NCBI GenBank assembly: GCA_937876055.1 | Contig: CALEIW010000051.1 | Location: forward strand, 1-36,001 | Length of the DNA: 36,001 nucleotides | Origin: an uncultured euryarchaeote | GTDB lineage: Archaea > Thermoplasmatota > Poseidoniia > Poseidoniales > Thalassarchaeaceae | Direction of reading: 5' to 3' | Shown: positions 16,347 through 25,270 of the stretch, piece by piece | Layout: the number at the start of each line of letters is the position of its first letter | Position numbering within the stretch: position 1 is the stretch's first letter | The notes under the pieces: generated by a model | What the model saw: only the letters and a program-made list of their open reading frames with translations | What the model was told of the DNA's origin: nothing | The model's database searches: none | Program-made: the position numbers and the translations under genes

Positions 16347-17975
16347 ATGCAGAAAACAAAGAATACGAGCATGATGATTGCGCTGCTCCTTGTTTTGATG
16401 GCCGGTTCCGTTGGCGTTTCAGCCGATGGTTCTGACCCACTCGACCCCTCTGATGGAGGAGCCGACTGGGACGGAGACGGTCTGACAAACGCAGAGGAGA
16501 CAGCTGAAGGCACGGACCCCACCAACCCCGACACCGATAACGATGGTCTACCGGACGGTTGGGAGGTTGCGTACGGACTAAATCCGAACTCGGCTAGTGA
16601 CGCTAACGCGGACCCAGACGGTGACGGATTGACGAACTCTCAGGAGTACTCGTCCGGTACCAACCCCTACTCGGCAGACACCGATGGTGACGGGCAAGAT
16701 GACGCCAACGATCCGTTCCCGAACGACCCTAACAACGGGTCGATGTCGGATTCGGATGGCGACGGTATCCCAGATGCGTACGATCCGGATTACGGTGACA
16801 ACGGAGAGGGTACTGGAGACGGCGGAACTGATGGCGGTGGAGATTCCGACCAAGACGGACAGGGCCAAGGTCAAGGACAGGGTCAAGGACAGGGTCAAGG
16901 ACAGGGTCAAGGACAGGGTCAAGGCCAAGGTCAAGGCCAAGGTCAAGGCCAAGGTCAGGGCCAAGGTCAGGGCCAAGGTCAAGGCCAAGGTCAAGGCCAA
17001 GGTCAAGGCCAAGGTCAGAATGGCCAAGGTCAAGGTCAAAGCGGCCAAGGTCAAGGCCAAGGCGGCCAACAGGGCCAAGGTCAGAACCAAGGTTCCCAAT
17101 CCGGTCAAGACGGTCAGCAGGGCAGCGGTCAGCAAGGTGGAGAACAATCCAACCAGCAAGACAACGGCCAAGGCCAGCAGCAAGGTGGAGAACAGAGTGG
17201 ACAACAGGGAGACCAAGAGTCCCAGGACCAGAATGGTAACAACCAGAATGGTCAGAACCAGCAGCAGCAAGGCCAGACCCAAGACAACAGTCAGGGTCAG
17301 CAGGGTCAGCAGTCCGACCAGCAGCAAAGTCAGCAGCTCGACAACCAAGACCAGAACGGCGAGAACGACAACGATGGCGATGGTATTCCAGACGATTTGG
17401 ATTTTGATGACGACAATGACGGAATCCCCGATAATGTGGATGAATTCCCAGAGGATCACGACAACGACGGCATCAATGACGCTGAGGATGATGACGACGA
17501 CGGCGACGGCATAGACGACCGCGAGGAAGTCAATGACGGCGACCCTAACTCGGATATCTACGATCACGACAATGATGGAGTACGCGATAACATCGATTTC
17601 GACATCGACAACGACGGCATCGACAACTGGAACGACGTTGGACCAAACGGAGAAGATTACCGTAGGGACCACGACAACGACGGACTAGATGACGGAGTTG
17701 ACCCAGACGACGATAACGACGACATCCTTGATGTCGACGAAATCGACGGTGCGATCGGTCTCTGGAGATACGACCACGATAACGATGGTCTAACCGACAG
17801 AGTAGATACAGATGACGACAACGACGGACTTTCCGACTGGTTCGAGCAGAACGATGGCAACCCATTGACTGGTCAATTCGACCACGACAATGACGGTATT
17901 GAAGACCATCTAGATGACGACGATGACGCCGATGGAATCCTCGACGAGGATGAAAGCGACGGCAGCGTACTGTGA
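16347..17975 (+). CDS. secreted polyanionic protein with thrombospondin type-3-like Asp-rich (calcium-binding type) repeats and a central Gly/Gln-rich low-complexity region
   Basis: Signal peptide MMIALLLVLMAGSVGVSADG. N-terminal repeats are DWDGDGLTNAEE, DTDNDGLPDGWE, DPDGDGLTNSQE and DTDGDGQDDAND. These are followed by (GQ)27 and then a Q/N/S/D-rich stretch. About 12 C-terminal HDNDG/DDDNDG repeats follow. There is no C-terminal anchor. Confidence 0.85.
   Translation: MQKTKNTSMMIALLLVLMAGSVGVSADGSDPLDPSDGGADWDGDGLTNAEETAEGTDPTNPDTDNDGLPDGWEVAYGLNPNSASDANADPDGDGLTNSQEYSSGTNPYSADTDGDGQDDANDPFPNDPNNGSMSDSDGDGIPDAYDPDYGDNGEGTGDGGTDGGGDSDQDGQGQGQGQGQGQGQGQGQGQGQGQGQGQGQGQGQGQGQGQGQGQGQGQGQGQGQNGQGQGQSGQGQGQGGQQGQGQNQGSQSGQDGQQGSGQQGGEQSNQQDNGQGQQQGGEQSGQQGDQESQDQNGNNQNGQNQQQQGQTQDNSQGQQGQQSDQQQSQQLDNQDQNGENDNDGDGIPDDLDFDDDNDGIPDNVDEFPEDHDNDGINDAEDDDDDGDGIDDREEVNDGDPNSDIYDHDNDGVRDNIDFDIDNDGIDNWNDVGPNGEDYRRDHDNDGLDDGVDPDDDNDDILDVDEIDGAIGLWRYDHDNDGLTDRVDTDDDNDGLSDWFEQNDGNPLTGQFDHDNDGIEDHLDDDDDADGILDEDESDGSVL
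16857..17018 (+). repeat. in-frame tandem repeat encoding 27 consecutive Gly-Gln dipeptides (12-nt period)
   Basis: Counted directly: 27 hexamers. GGTCAAGGACAG occurs 4 times (16869-16916), then GGTCA(A/G)GGCCAA occurs 8 times (16917-17012). Degenerate GQ-rich sequence continues to about 17350. Confidence 0.95.
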
Positions 17976-18040
17976 TACAGTAAAGTTGGTCGATTACTGC
18001 TCAGGCCCGCGGTCCGTTGATTCGCGGTGACAGGTTCCTC

Positions 18041-18077
18041 GGGGGCGCTTCAGTCCCCGGGCGAACCGCCCCTTTTT
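18041..18077 (+). terminator. GC-rich hairpin followed by T5, likely terminator of the 16347-17975 gene
   Basis: GGGGCG (18042-18047) pairs with CGCCCC (18067-18072), immediately followed by TTTTT (18073-18077). It lies 66 nt after the stop codon. Confidence 0.5.
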
Positions 18078-18083
18078 CCAACC

Positions 18084-19097
18084 TCAGAAGTCGAATAGGG
18101 TCGGCTGGTTATCCGATTTCAGATGATTAGCGGAAGCTAGCCTGTCTAGGGCCCGCTGTAGTCTTCCATCTGAGAATCCACACTCTCCTTGAAGGAAGCC
18201 TCGCAAATCCTTCTCGACCGCTCGCGTAGCTTTTGGTATTGGATCTGGATGCACGGGATGGTTTAGGAAAAGACCACGAATGGTCTCGATATTTTCTGGC
18301 ATCTCAAATTCCTTTACCTCAGAAACTGCTTCCATCGTACCATGCTCTTTGATTAGTTTCAAACCAGTTTTTGGACCGATTCCCTTGATTCCAGGATGGA
18401 AATCAGTTCCAATCATGATAGCAAGGTCAACTAATTGTTCTCTAGTAATTTCGTGAGTGTCTAGTAACTCTTGCAAGACTACTTTCTCAGCCGTCAACAA
18501 TCGACCAAATTTCTTCCGTCCATGGCTAGTTAGATTTCGAATCATTACCGGCGAGCCGTATAGTAGAGTGTCCCAATCTTGGCTCGCCACTGCTGCAACT
18601 TCTCCGTTCGCACAGCGAACAGCACCAGCACCTTCTGCTTCCATTGGTGCTTCTATCCAAACTAGACCCAGACAATCGAATAGTCGCTTAGTTTCAGCAA
18701 CCATGTCTCGGGTATATTCTGCAGTTTGTGGGCCGAGTTTCTTTGCAAGAGTCATATCTCCGGCCTCAACCGCAGCTTCCCACTTCTCAACAGCCTCAAC
18801 TTTGCGCTCCTTTCTTCCAGCGAGGGTATCCATCTTCAGATCATGCGGTCGACCATCAAAGAAGAACACAGGTTCGATGCCCTGCTCAAGCATCCAGGTC
18901 GCTCTGTCGAGAAAACCCATCAGATGGGCAACAGGCCTTCCATCGAAAGATAGTGGCTTTCCATCTTGACCGACTAGACTGGTAATGAATTGGTAGGCGT
19001 TAAGAAAAACGTCGATGGCTACACGCTGCCCGGACATTTCGCTCAATTCGAGAGGATGTGCGGTGGCTAAGTCTCTCAAATTACAGCCCAGATTCAC
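18084..19097 (-). CDS. fen: flap endonuclease 1 (FEN-1)
   Basis: 337 aa. It has N and I nuclease domains typical of archaeal FEN-1/XPG (GQRVAIDVFLNAYQF, FFFDGRPHDLK, EAPMEAEGAGA, SQDWDTLLYG, IMIGTDFHPGIKGIGPKTGLKLI) and a C-terminal PIP-like QPTLFDF. GTG start. Confidence 0.93.
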   Translation of the reverse strand: MNLGCNLRDLATAHPLELSEMSGQRVAIDVFLNAYQFITSLVGQDGKPLSFDGRPVAHLMGFLDRATWMLEQGIEPVFFFDGRPHDLKMDTLAGRKERKVEAVEKWEAAVEAGDMTLAKKLGPQTAEYTRDMVAETKRLFDCLGLVWIEAPMEAEGAGAVRCANGEVAAVASQDWDTLLYGSPVMIRNLTSHGRKKFGRLLTAEKVVLQELLDTHEITREQLVDLAIMIGTDFHPGIKGIGPKTGLKLIKEHGTMEAVSEVKEFEMPENIETIRGLFLNHPVHPDPIPKATRAVEKDLRGFLQGECGFSDGRLQRALDRLASANHLKSDNQPTLFDF

Positions 19098-19180
19098 TCC
19101 CCCCCGTCGATGCTTAGCCTATCCTGTCCGTCGAGGCATTTAGGGTTGAAGTCGGGGGCGAGAAGGACGGAGGAAGCAAG

Positions 19181-20335
19181 TTGAGCCGGCTGACCCTTGT
19201 TGGAAGCGGCTGGCATCCAGCATTATTCCGTTCAGAGGCTGAAGCATTAGTAGGCCCTGTTGGTTTTGTTCATCCAAGAGTCGTAGTTACTGCATCGACA
19301 GATGAGATAGCCCTCAATCGACTCAGTAGGTCTGCCTTAGTCGACGAAGTACTTTGCAATGCTGAGCATAGTGAAGTTGTAGAACCAGAGAATATTATCC
19401 AGCGAATCGTAGATTGGGCGAAAGAGAATCTTCCAGAAGGCAGTTTTGCAGTCCGAGTCAATGTAATCGGCTCATCCTTAGCAGGTTTTTCCCGTTCAGA
19501 AATTGCACAGAATGTAGGGGCTGGAGTCTTTGGAGAATCACATCCGGTAGATTTGGAGAATCCCGACAATGAAATCGTGGTTTTCCTAGCGGGTCCAGAA
19601 GATCCACCCAATCACCCCGACCCACTATACCTCTCTCCGCCGATGATTATCTGGGGATTGAAAGAGGATAATTGGCAGCGGTCAGGTTGGGGGGGCCGTT
19701 CTCCTACTGACCGCCCATTCTTCCAACCGGTCTCGTTGGAACCTAGATTGGCTAGACTGATGATATCACTTGGTCATCGCTCGGGTTTGGAACCTACGAC
19801 GGTTATCGACCCATTCTGTGGAACTGGTGGAATCGCAATAGAGGCGATGTTAGCCGGACTGAACGTACTTGCAAGTGACCTCGACCCAAAGATGGTAAAA
19901 GGCACAGAAGAGAATTTGCAATGGGTATCAGAAGACCTCTGTAGTGGATATTCAGCAACTTGGGATGTACAAGAATCCGGTGTAGGACTCACTCCTGATG
20001 TTTGGGGAAAAGTTGGCGGAGCAATCTTTGCTTTCGATCCTCCATATGGCCGTAACGCATGGAAATCAGATGATGGCTACCAACTATTTCTCAAGGCTTG
20101 CTCAGCTGCTAGAACCATTGACCATTCAGGCTCTCTATGCACTCTTCTTCCTACAGACCCTGCGATTTTGAAAGATAATTCAGATGAACCCATTGACTAT
20201 TTGGTGATGGGCAAACCTTGGTCAAAGGTAGCCGACGAAATGCTTGACCGTGGCTGGAAAGTTGTACTGATGGCTCCGGTCAAAGTTCACCGCTCATTGG
20301 CTCGTCTGCTCGTCGTCGCCCACCCGTCGCATTGA
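19181..20335 (+). CDS. THUMP-domain tRNA (guanine-N2)-methyltransferase-like protein (Trm11/Trm14 class)
   Basis: An N-terminal THUMP-sized region is followed by class-I SAM motif I DPFCGTGGIAIEA and the amino-methyltransferase motif IV DPPYG. TTG start; there is no nearby ATG. Confidence 0.75.
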   Translation: MSRLTLVGSGWHPALFRSEAEALVGPVGFVHPRVVVTASTDEIALNRLSRSALVDEVLCNAEHSEVVEPENIIQRIVDWAKENLPEGSFAVRVNVIGSSLAGFSRSEIAQNVGAGVFGESHPVDLENPDNEIVVFLAGPEDPPNHPDPLYLSPPMIIWGLKEDNWQRSGWGGRSPTDRPFFQPVSLEPRLARLMISLGHRSGLEPTTVIDPFCGTGGIAIEAMLAGLNVLASDLDPKMVKGTEENLQWVSEDLCSGYSATWDVQESGVGLTPDVWGKVGGAIFAFDPPYGRNAWKSDDGYQLFLKACSAARTIDHSGSLCTLLPTDPAILKDNSDEPIDYLVMGKPWSKVADEMLDRGWKVVLMAPVKVHRSLARLLVVAHPSH

Positions 20336-20363
20336 AGAAAGGCCGACGCTCGCCTCAGAACAC

Positions 20364-20440
20364 GGGCGATTGGTGTAGTCTGGATATCATCTGGCGCTTC
20401 GGACGCTAGGACATGGGTTCGAATCCTGTATCGCCCACCA
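20364..20440 (+). tRNA. tRNA-Arg (anticodon UCG), CCA encoded
   Basis: Folded by hand. Acceptor is GGGCGAU/AUCGCCC. The anticodon stem UGGCG/CGCUA carries loop CUUCGGA. The T-loop is GGGUUCGAAUCC. Discriminator is A, followed by CCA. Confidence 0.95.
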
Positions 20441-21193
20441 CTAATTCAGATAACTGACAATCTGAACTGTAATCATGATGGCTGCGACTACGAGGAACAT
20501 TGGTCGCAATAATGCGTAACCATACTTCAGAACATAACCGGGTGCAAGATAACCTCCAATCATGTTCGCCAGTGCGAAGGGAATCGCAACTTCGTAATTT
20601 ACTGATGCAGCTATTGCGAATATTGCATACGATCCGATATTCCCTCCGAAATTCAGAATTCTGGCCGTTGCAGCGGCTCTGTCCATACCAAATCCAGCAC
20701 CTTTGATGTATCCAGCCATCAGCATGCTTCCGGTTCCAGGGCCAAGGAATCCTTCGTAGAATCCTATTCCAGTTCCCATACCAACAGTTACCGGAATCAC
20801 TCTTTCTTCCTTGAGATCTTCTTCCTTGCCAAATTTAGGATTGAATAATACATAGAAGAATAAAGCAATCAGTACAACGATTACAATCGGCAATAATACA
20901 TCTGGTTCGACCAGTAATACAGCGTATGTGCCAATCATGGAAAAAATAATCATCACAACCCATCCAATAAAGGCGGCTTTTCTTGGCACAATATCGCTTT
21001 CTAGATATTTTACACTCGCAATAGCAGCGGCAGCAGTTGATGCGAATTTGTTTGTTCCAAGTGCAACATGTAGGGGTATACCGGCCCACAAAAGTGCTGG
21101 TAATCGAAGTAAGCCTCCTCCACCAACAGCACTATCTACAAATCCGGCGAATACTCCAACTAACATCAATAGAAGGAATACCTCGTTGTCCAC
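20441..21193 (-). CDS. TauE/SafE (TSUP, DUF81) family anion exporter/permease
   Basis: 250 aa and polytopic. The N-terminus FAGFVDSAVGGGGLLRLPALL and an internal duplicated Gly-rich helix pattern are typical of the TSUP family. Confidence 0.85.
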   Translation of the reverse strand: MDNEVFLLLMLVGVFAGFVDSAVGGGGLLRLPALLWAGIPLHVALGTNKFASTAAAAIASVKYLESDIVPRKAAFIGWVVMIIFSMIGTYAVLLVEPDVLLPIVIVVLIALFFYVLFNPKFGKEEDLKEERVIPVTVGMGTGIGFYEGFLGPGTGSMLMAGYIKGAGFGMDRAAATARILNFGGNIGSYAIFAIAASVNYEVAIPFALANMIGGYLAPGYVLKYGYALLRPMFLVVAAIMITVQIVSYLN

Positions 21194-21229
21194 GTAGTTA
21201 TCCGAAGCCAGCGGACTATGAGATTTGCA

Positions 21230-21523
21230 CTACTCAACACTCGATTCTTTTGTAGCTCGTCGATTCTTTATCCACCGGAATAAAACCCTTGAGAATATCA
21301 TCGAGAAAATAAGGAAAACTAGTGAATACCACCAAGGATTATTCTCGCTGGTAGCAATGAAATAGGTCACAATAAGAATGCCCATTCCGTAGAAGGCTCG
21401 AAAGATAGAGTAGGCAATGAATGACTTAACAAGTGGATTTGCAAGAAAGCGTTGCAGCCAATTTTGCTCTGACGATTGGCTAATCCTCTCGCCTCCAATG
21501 ACTAATTCTATCTCCACCCACAT
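21230..21523 (-). CDS. hypothetical small membrane protein (2 TM)
   Basis: 97-98 aa with two hydrophobic helices. Its start overlaps the 3' end of ribD by about 44 nt in another frame. No family recognised. Confidence 0.4.
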   Translation of the reverse strand: MWVEIELVIGGERISQSSEQNWLQRFLANPLVKSFIAYSIFRAFYGMGILIVTYFIATSENNPWWYSLVFLIFSMIFSRVLFRWIKNRRATKESSVE

Positions 21524-22592
21524 CAATTTCTCTAATTTGCTTCAACCCGGCAGAACTCAATTCATTCTCGGAAAATACAGTCCCCTCACCACTTAATTCG
21601 ACAGGTGATTGGCAAAGGTGAGCCCTGTCGACGAGACCCTCTGCTAGGAATCTCCTCCAAGTGTTTGGTCCCCCTTCTACCAACAATGATTGAATTCCTC
21701 TATCGCCAAGATAATCTAGAATTCGAGCAATAGTAATTTCTCCTTCACTAGCCGAAAGAATCGCACGTTCAACGTGTTCTGCATCAGAATTCGGTAATTC
21801 GAAAGGCTCGGCATGAATTAGCAGAGTTGGTGCCTTAGCATCATTCAGTAATTTACAGTCTGTAGGGATTCTACCACTTGGGTCAATGACAACTCGTGTT
21901 GGTGCATTTCGTGGACCTATGTCTGGTCCCCGCACCGTCAAAGAGGGGTCGTCGCGGACAACGGTATCAACACCAACTAGAATTGCCATAGAATCTGCAC
22001 GAAGTGCATGAACAATCTCCAATGATTCTGGCGAAGAAAATCGCTGTGCTGGCTCATTAGGGTCACAATCAACTCGACCATTTGCATCGATTGCAGCCTT
22101 CAATAAGACCTCTGGACGCATATTTTGACACCAATGCATGAATTCACTCATCTGTTCACCGCATTCCTCGGCTAGAAGTCCTGATTCTACCTCTACATCC
22201 GATTTTTCCAGTGCTGAGGCACCATCTCCACGCACTGTTGGGTTCGGATCATCCGCCCCGATTACGACCCTCTTTACTCCCGCCCAAAGCAGAGCTTCTG
22301 TACATGGAGGAGTTCTTCCAAAGTGATTACACGGCTCCAATGTAACATAGGCTGTAGAGCCTTGAGTGGCTACTCCTTTCGCTTCCGCGTCTGCAATTGC
22401 CATCTGTTCTGCGTGTAGGCCACCTATGTGGTCGTGCCAACCCTCGGCGATGATTTCCCCATCCTTAACTAGGACACAACCAACTAACGGATTCGGCATT
22501 ACGCGGTTCCTTCCACGTTCAGCGATTTCAATCGCTCGCCGCATGAATTGTGCCTCATCGTCCATGCTGTTCAGACCTCGCGAATACCCCAT
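21480..22592 (-). CDS. ribD: bifunctional riboflavin biosynthesis protein RibD (pyrimidine deaminase plus reductase)
   Basis: The CDA-type zinc motifs HAEQMAI and TLEPCNHFGRTPPC are followed by a RibD_C reductase domain (LLVEGGPNTWRRFL). Confidence 0.95.
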   Translation of the reverse strand: MGYSRGLNSMDDEAQFMRRAIEIAERGRNRVMPNPLVGCVLVKDGEIIAEGWHDHIGGLHAEQMAIADAEAKGVATQGSTAYVTLEPCNHFGRTPPCTEALLWAGVKRVVIGADDPNPTVRGDGASALEKSDVEVESGLLAEECGEQMSEFMHWCQNMRPEVLLKAAIDANGRVDCDPNEPAQRFSSPESLEIVHALRADSMAILVGVDTVVRDDPSLTVRGPDIGPRNAPTRVVIDPSGRIPTDCKLLNDAKAPTLLIHAEPFELPNSDAEHVERAILSASEGEITIARILDYLGDRGIQSLLVEGGPNTWRRFLAEGLVDRAHLCQSPVELSGEGTVFSENELSSAGLKQIREIDVGGDRISHWRRED

Positions 22593-22649
22593 TACACTTG
22601 ACTTCTACATTCGCGAGGATTCAAGTTGAGTTCAGGCCCTCAGGCAACT

Positions 22650-23681
22650 ATGCCTAGGATAGCCTGCATCCTCAATCCAAAGGCCAGAGACGGAATATCA
22701 TCGAAAAGCTGGCCTGAATTCGAAACGGCACTAACCTCTGCCGGTTTTGAAATCGACATACACGAAACACAGCGGGTTGGCCATGCAATGGAGATAGCTT
22801 ACGACCTACTATCTGGAGATCATGATATGATTGTTGCAGTAGGAGGAGATGGTACTGTTCACGAGGTAGCCTCTGGATTACGAGGTAGTAAGAAGAAGAT
22901 GGGTATCTTGCCAATTGGAAGTGGTAATGATTTCGCCCGCGCTCTAGGAATTCCTCTATTCGATGTACAAGGCGCGGTAGATTTGCTATCAAATGGAACA
23001 GACCATTCGGTTGGAGCGGTTCGTGCTGAGGGCCCAGCGGCAAGCGATTTACCACAGTACAAGATTCCATCACCTCATCCATGTAATGGAGAAGCAAATC
23101 GAGAAGGAAATCTAGTTCGTTGGTCTTTCTTAGAGGTTGATGGTGGAGTTACTAGCTCAGTCAATCGAATGAAAATTGCAGGCAAGTTTAGTTGGATTCG
23201 CGGCCAAGCCAAGTATACCGCACTAGGTATTCGTGCGATTCTAGGTTGGAAAACTCAACCAGCATGGATGCGAGTCAATGGCGGTGAAACCCAAACGGTT
23301 CCACTTCAGGGGTTGTTTGTCCTTAGCCAGTGTGAAACCTTTGGTGGCGGATTCAAAGTAACACCAGGCGCTCATCCAAAGAGAGATCACGCGTCGTTAA
23401 TTATCGGCTTAGGATTATCCAAAATGCAAATGTTAGCAGTAATGGGTCCCCTTGAGAAGGGTGAGCACGTCGGTAAATGGGGGAAGATTACCATGGAAGA
23501 TTGCACTTCTTTCGAAATTGGTGCAGTAGATTCCAATGGTAATCCTAGCGATACTGAACCTCACAGCCCTCCTCTATTCATCAATGTCGACGGCGAGGCT
23601 TGTTTGACCACACCCTGTACTCTTCAGTTCCATAGTGACCAACTAATTGTTCGTGGAGCATCGAGAATCCCCAATGAATGA
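22650..23681 (+). CDS. diacylglycerol kinase-family lipid kinase (YegS/BmrU-like)
   Basis: NPKARDG, VAVGGDGTVHEV and PIGSGNDFARALG are DAGK catalytic-domain motifs. The ORF opens at TTG 22626, and ATG 22650 (MPRIACILNP) fits the family N-terminus. Confidence 0.85.
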   Translation: MPRIACILNPKARDGISSKSWPEFETALTSAGFEIDIHETQRVGHAMEIAYDLLSGDHDMIVAVGGDGTVHEVASGLRGSKKKMGILPIGSGNDFARALGIPLFDVQGAVDLLSNGTDHSVGAVRAEGPAASDLPQYKIPSPHPCNGEANREGNLVRWSFLEVDGGVTSSVNRMKIAGKFSWIRGQAKYTALGIRAILGWKTQPAWMRVNGGETQTVPLQGLFVLSQCETFGGGFKVTPGAHPKRDHASLIIGLGLSKMQMLAVMGPLEKGEHVGKWGKITMEDCTSFEIGAVDSNGNPSDTEPHSPPLFINVDGEACLTTPCTLQFHSDQLIVRGASRIPNE

Positions 23682-23684
23682 TTG

Positions 23685-23770
23685 TGGCGCAGACGGAGAG
23701 ATTTGAACTCCCGAGTCCAAGGGACACCGGATTTCAAATCCGGCGCAATACCAGGCTATGCGACGTCTGC
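23685..23770 (-). tRNA. tRNA-Ser (anticodon UGA), class II with long variable arm, CCA encoded
   Basis: The reverse complement folds as follows. Acceptor is GCAGACG/CGUCUGC. The anticodon stem CCGGA/UCCGG carries loop UUUGAAA. The variable arm is GUCC-CUU-GGAC. The T-arm is GGGAG-UUCAAAU-CUCUC. Discriminator is G, followed by CCA. Confidence 0.95.
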
Positions 23771-23825
23771 AGTAGTCACCCGTAGTAGCATCTTTTGATG
23801 AATCTATGTGGAGGTCGAAGACCAA

Positions 23826-24188
23826 TCAAAGACCATAATTTCCGGGTCTACACCAGTCTGGTAGGCCGGATGCGGCATCTGGGTGAGTAAGTCCAACGAA
23901 TAACACCATGATGATGATGAAGAAGGCTGGGAACAATGCTGTCATAGTCAATATCTTTGAGTCAGCATCACCGTAGAGGTGCATGAAAATGGCTGCAATC
24001 ATGATGAATTTTGGAATTGCAATTATTGTCAAAATCCAAAGCGTAACCACTTTCTCTGTAGTACCACGTTCCTCGGCAAATTGAGTCAGATCTAACCCAA
24101 CAGCAGCCACTTCGATTAATGTTAGAATCATTAATCCGTAGAAATTCATCCAGTAAGGGTCTTGTCCAAAAATCTTGTAATTTGCCAT
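23826..24188 (-). CDS. heme-copper oxidase subunit IV-like small membrane protein
   Basis: 120 aa with 3 TM helices. The FMHL motif (IMIAAIFMHLYGD) is as in the prokaryotic COX4/CyoD family. It lies immediately downstream of coxC in the same operon. Confidence 0.6.
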   Translation of the reverse strand: MANYKIFGQDPYWMNFYGLMILTLIEVAAVGLDLTQFAEERGTTEKVVTLWILTIIAIPKFIMIAAIFMHLYGDADSKILTMTALFPAFFIIIMVLFVGLTHPDAASGLPDWCRPGNYGL

Positions 24189-24199
24189 ACCTAATCACC

Positions 24200-25270
24200 T
24201 CAATAAAGATAGAAGAATGGGAATACTAGTACCCAAATCAAATCCACAAAGTGCCAGTAAAGACCGAAGTACTCAATCGATACTGCATTCTTTGGAGAGT
24301 AACCGCCAAGCCATGCCTTGTAGGTCATGTAAGTCAAGCCAATGATTCCACCAGCAACGTGAGCACCGTGAGTTCCGGTAGTCACGTAGAACAGAGATGC
24401 CGAGACCTGTATGTCCGCTACCATATGTGCCCCTGTTGCTTCATCAACGTAGGAGTGGTGTTGGTAGTGGTCGGCATTAATTGTGTAGCCTTCATCTACG
24501 AGTGAGATGATGTCATGTTCGTGTAGTCCAATCGCACTAATCTCTGGAACGTAGAATCCGACAAACCACTCAACCATTTTCAGAGTAAGGAACAGAACTG
24601 CTAGGAACCATGTTGCTCCTAAGTATCTGTAGACCTTCTTTCTTCGAACTTCATCGTCTAGGTCAGGCTTCTTTGCATAACGAAGTGCCTGGACAATTGT
24701 GAATGAAGATATGATCAGAGCAAAGGTGTTGATTGCACCAGGTGCGATGTGCCACCAGCTGGATGCGATAAGATGGCTTGCTGGTTCGAAGCATGTGACG
24801 ACAACACCTTCCTGCCATCCAGTCGGGTTAGTTACCGGGTCGAACATTCCTCTTTCGTATACGGTACCACAGTTTTCGATTCCTAGTCTGTACCTCATGT
24901 AGGTACTGAACAAAGATGTGAAGACCATCATTTCGGACATGAGGAATACCCAAACACCAACCTTCCTAATCTGAATTCCACGGAATGGAACACCTGTTGC
25001 AAGAGGTTCGTAGTGTCCATCAAAGGATAAGTCCTGTCTCCACCAAATGAATAGTGAGAATCCAACCACCAGTAATCCTACAAGAATCATAGGAATATTT
25101 CCAGGGTTGTAGGTTCCATAGGACCAAGCCTCCGCCATTCCAAAGAGGAAGATTGCAATTCCGATACTCATGAATAACGGCGAGAATGAATTGTGTGGAG
25201 CGCCGTGCCCCCAATCGTGTGGACCCCATGGTTGAGGTGCATGATGGTCATCGTGATAATCGCCGCTCAA
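24200..25270 (-). CDS. coxC: cytochrome c oxidase subunit III
   Basis: C-terminal signature TGTHGAHVAGGIIGL...IEYFGLYWHFVDLIWVLVFPFFY. At 356 aa it is longer than typical because of an internal loop insertion. It overlaps the coxA stop by 4 nt. Confidence 0.9.
   Translation of the reverse strand: MSGDYHDDHHAPQPWGPHDWGHGAPHNSFSPLFMSIGIAIFLFGMAEAWSYGTYNPGNIPMILVGLLVVGFSLFIWWRQDLSFDGHYEPLATGVPFRGIQIRKVGVWVFLMSEMMVFTSLFSTYMRYRLGIENCGTVYERGMFDPVTNPTGWQEGVVVTCFEPASHLIASSWWHIAPGAINTFALIISSFTIVQALRYAKKPDLDDEVRRKKVYRYLGATWFLAVLFLTLKMVEWFVGFYVPEISAIGLHEHDIISLVDEGYTINADHYQHHSYVDEATGAHMVADIQVSASLFYVTTGTHGAHVAGGIIGLTYMTYKAWLGGYSPKNAVSIEYFGLYWHFVDLIWVLVFPFFYLY

Noticed and set aside
16578-17672. Long ORFs on the minus strand (364 aa, 16578-17672) and in an alternative plus frame (276 aa, 16684-17514) across the GQ/Asp repeat region
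   Set aside because: Their translations are monotonous (LTLALTLA..., KVKAKVKA...) and are frame-shadows of the 6/12-nt periodic repeat. The frame with a signal peptide and TSP3-like repeats is the coherent one.
18457-18969. 170-aa plus-strand ORF antisense to fen
   Set aside because: The translation is Ser/Arg/Pro-rich and featureless, while the opposite strand encodes a complete FEN-1 with all conserved motifs.
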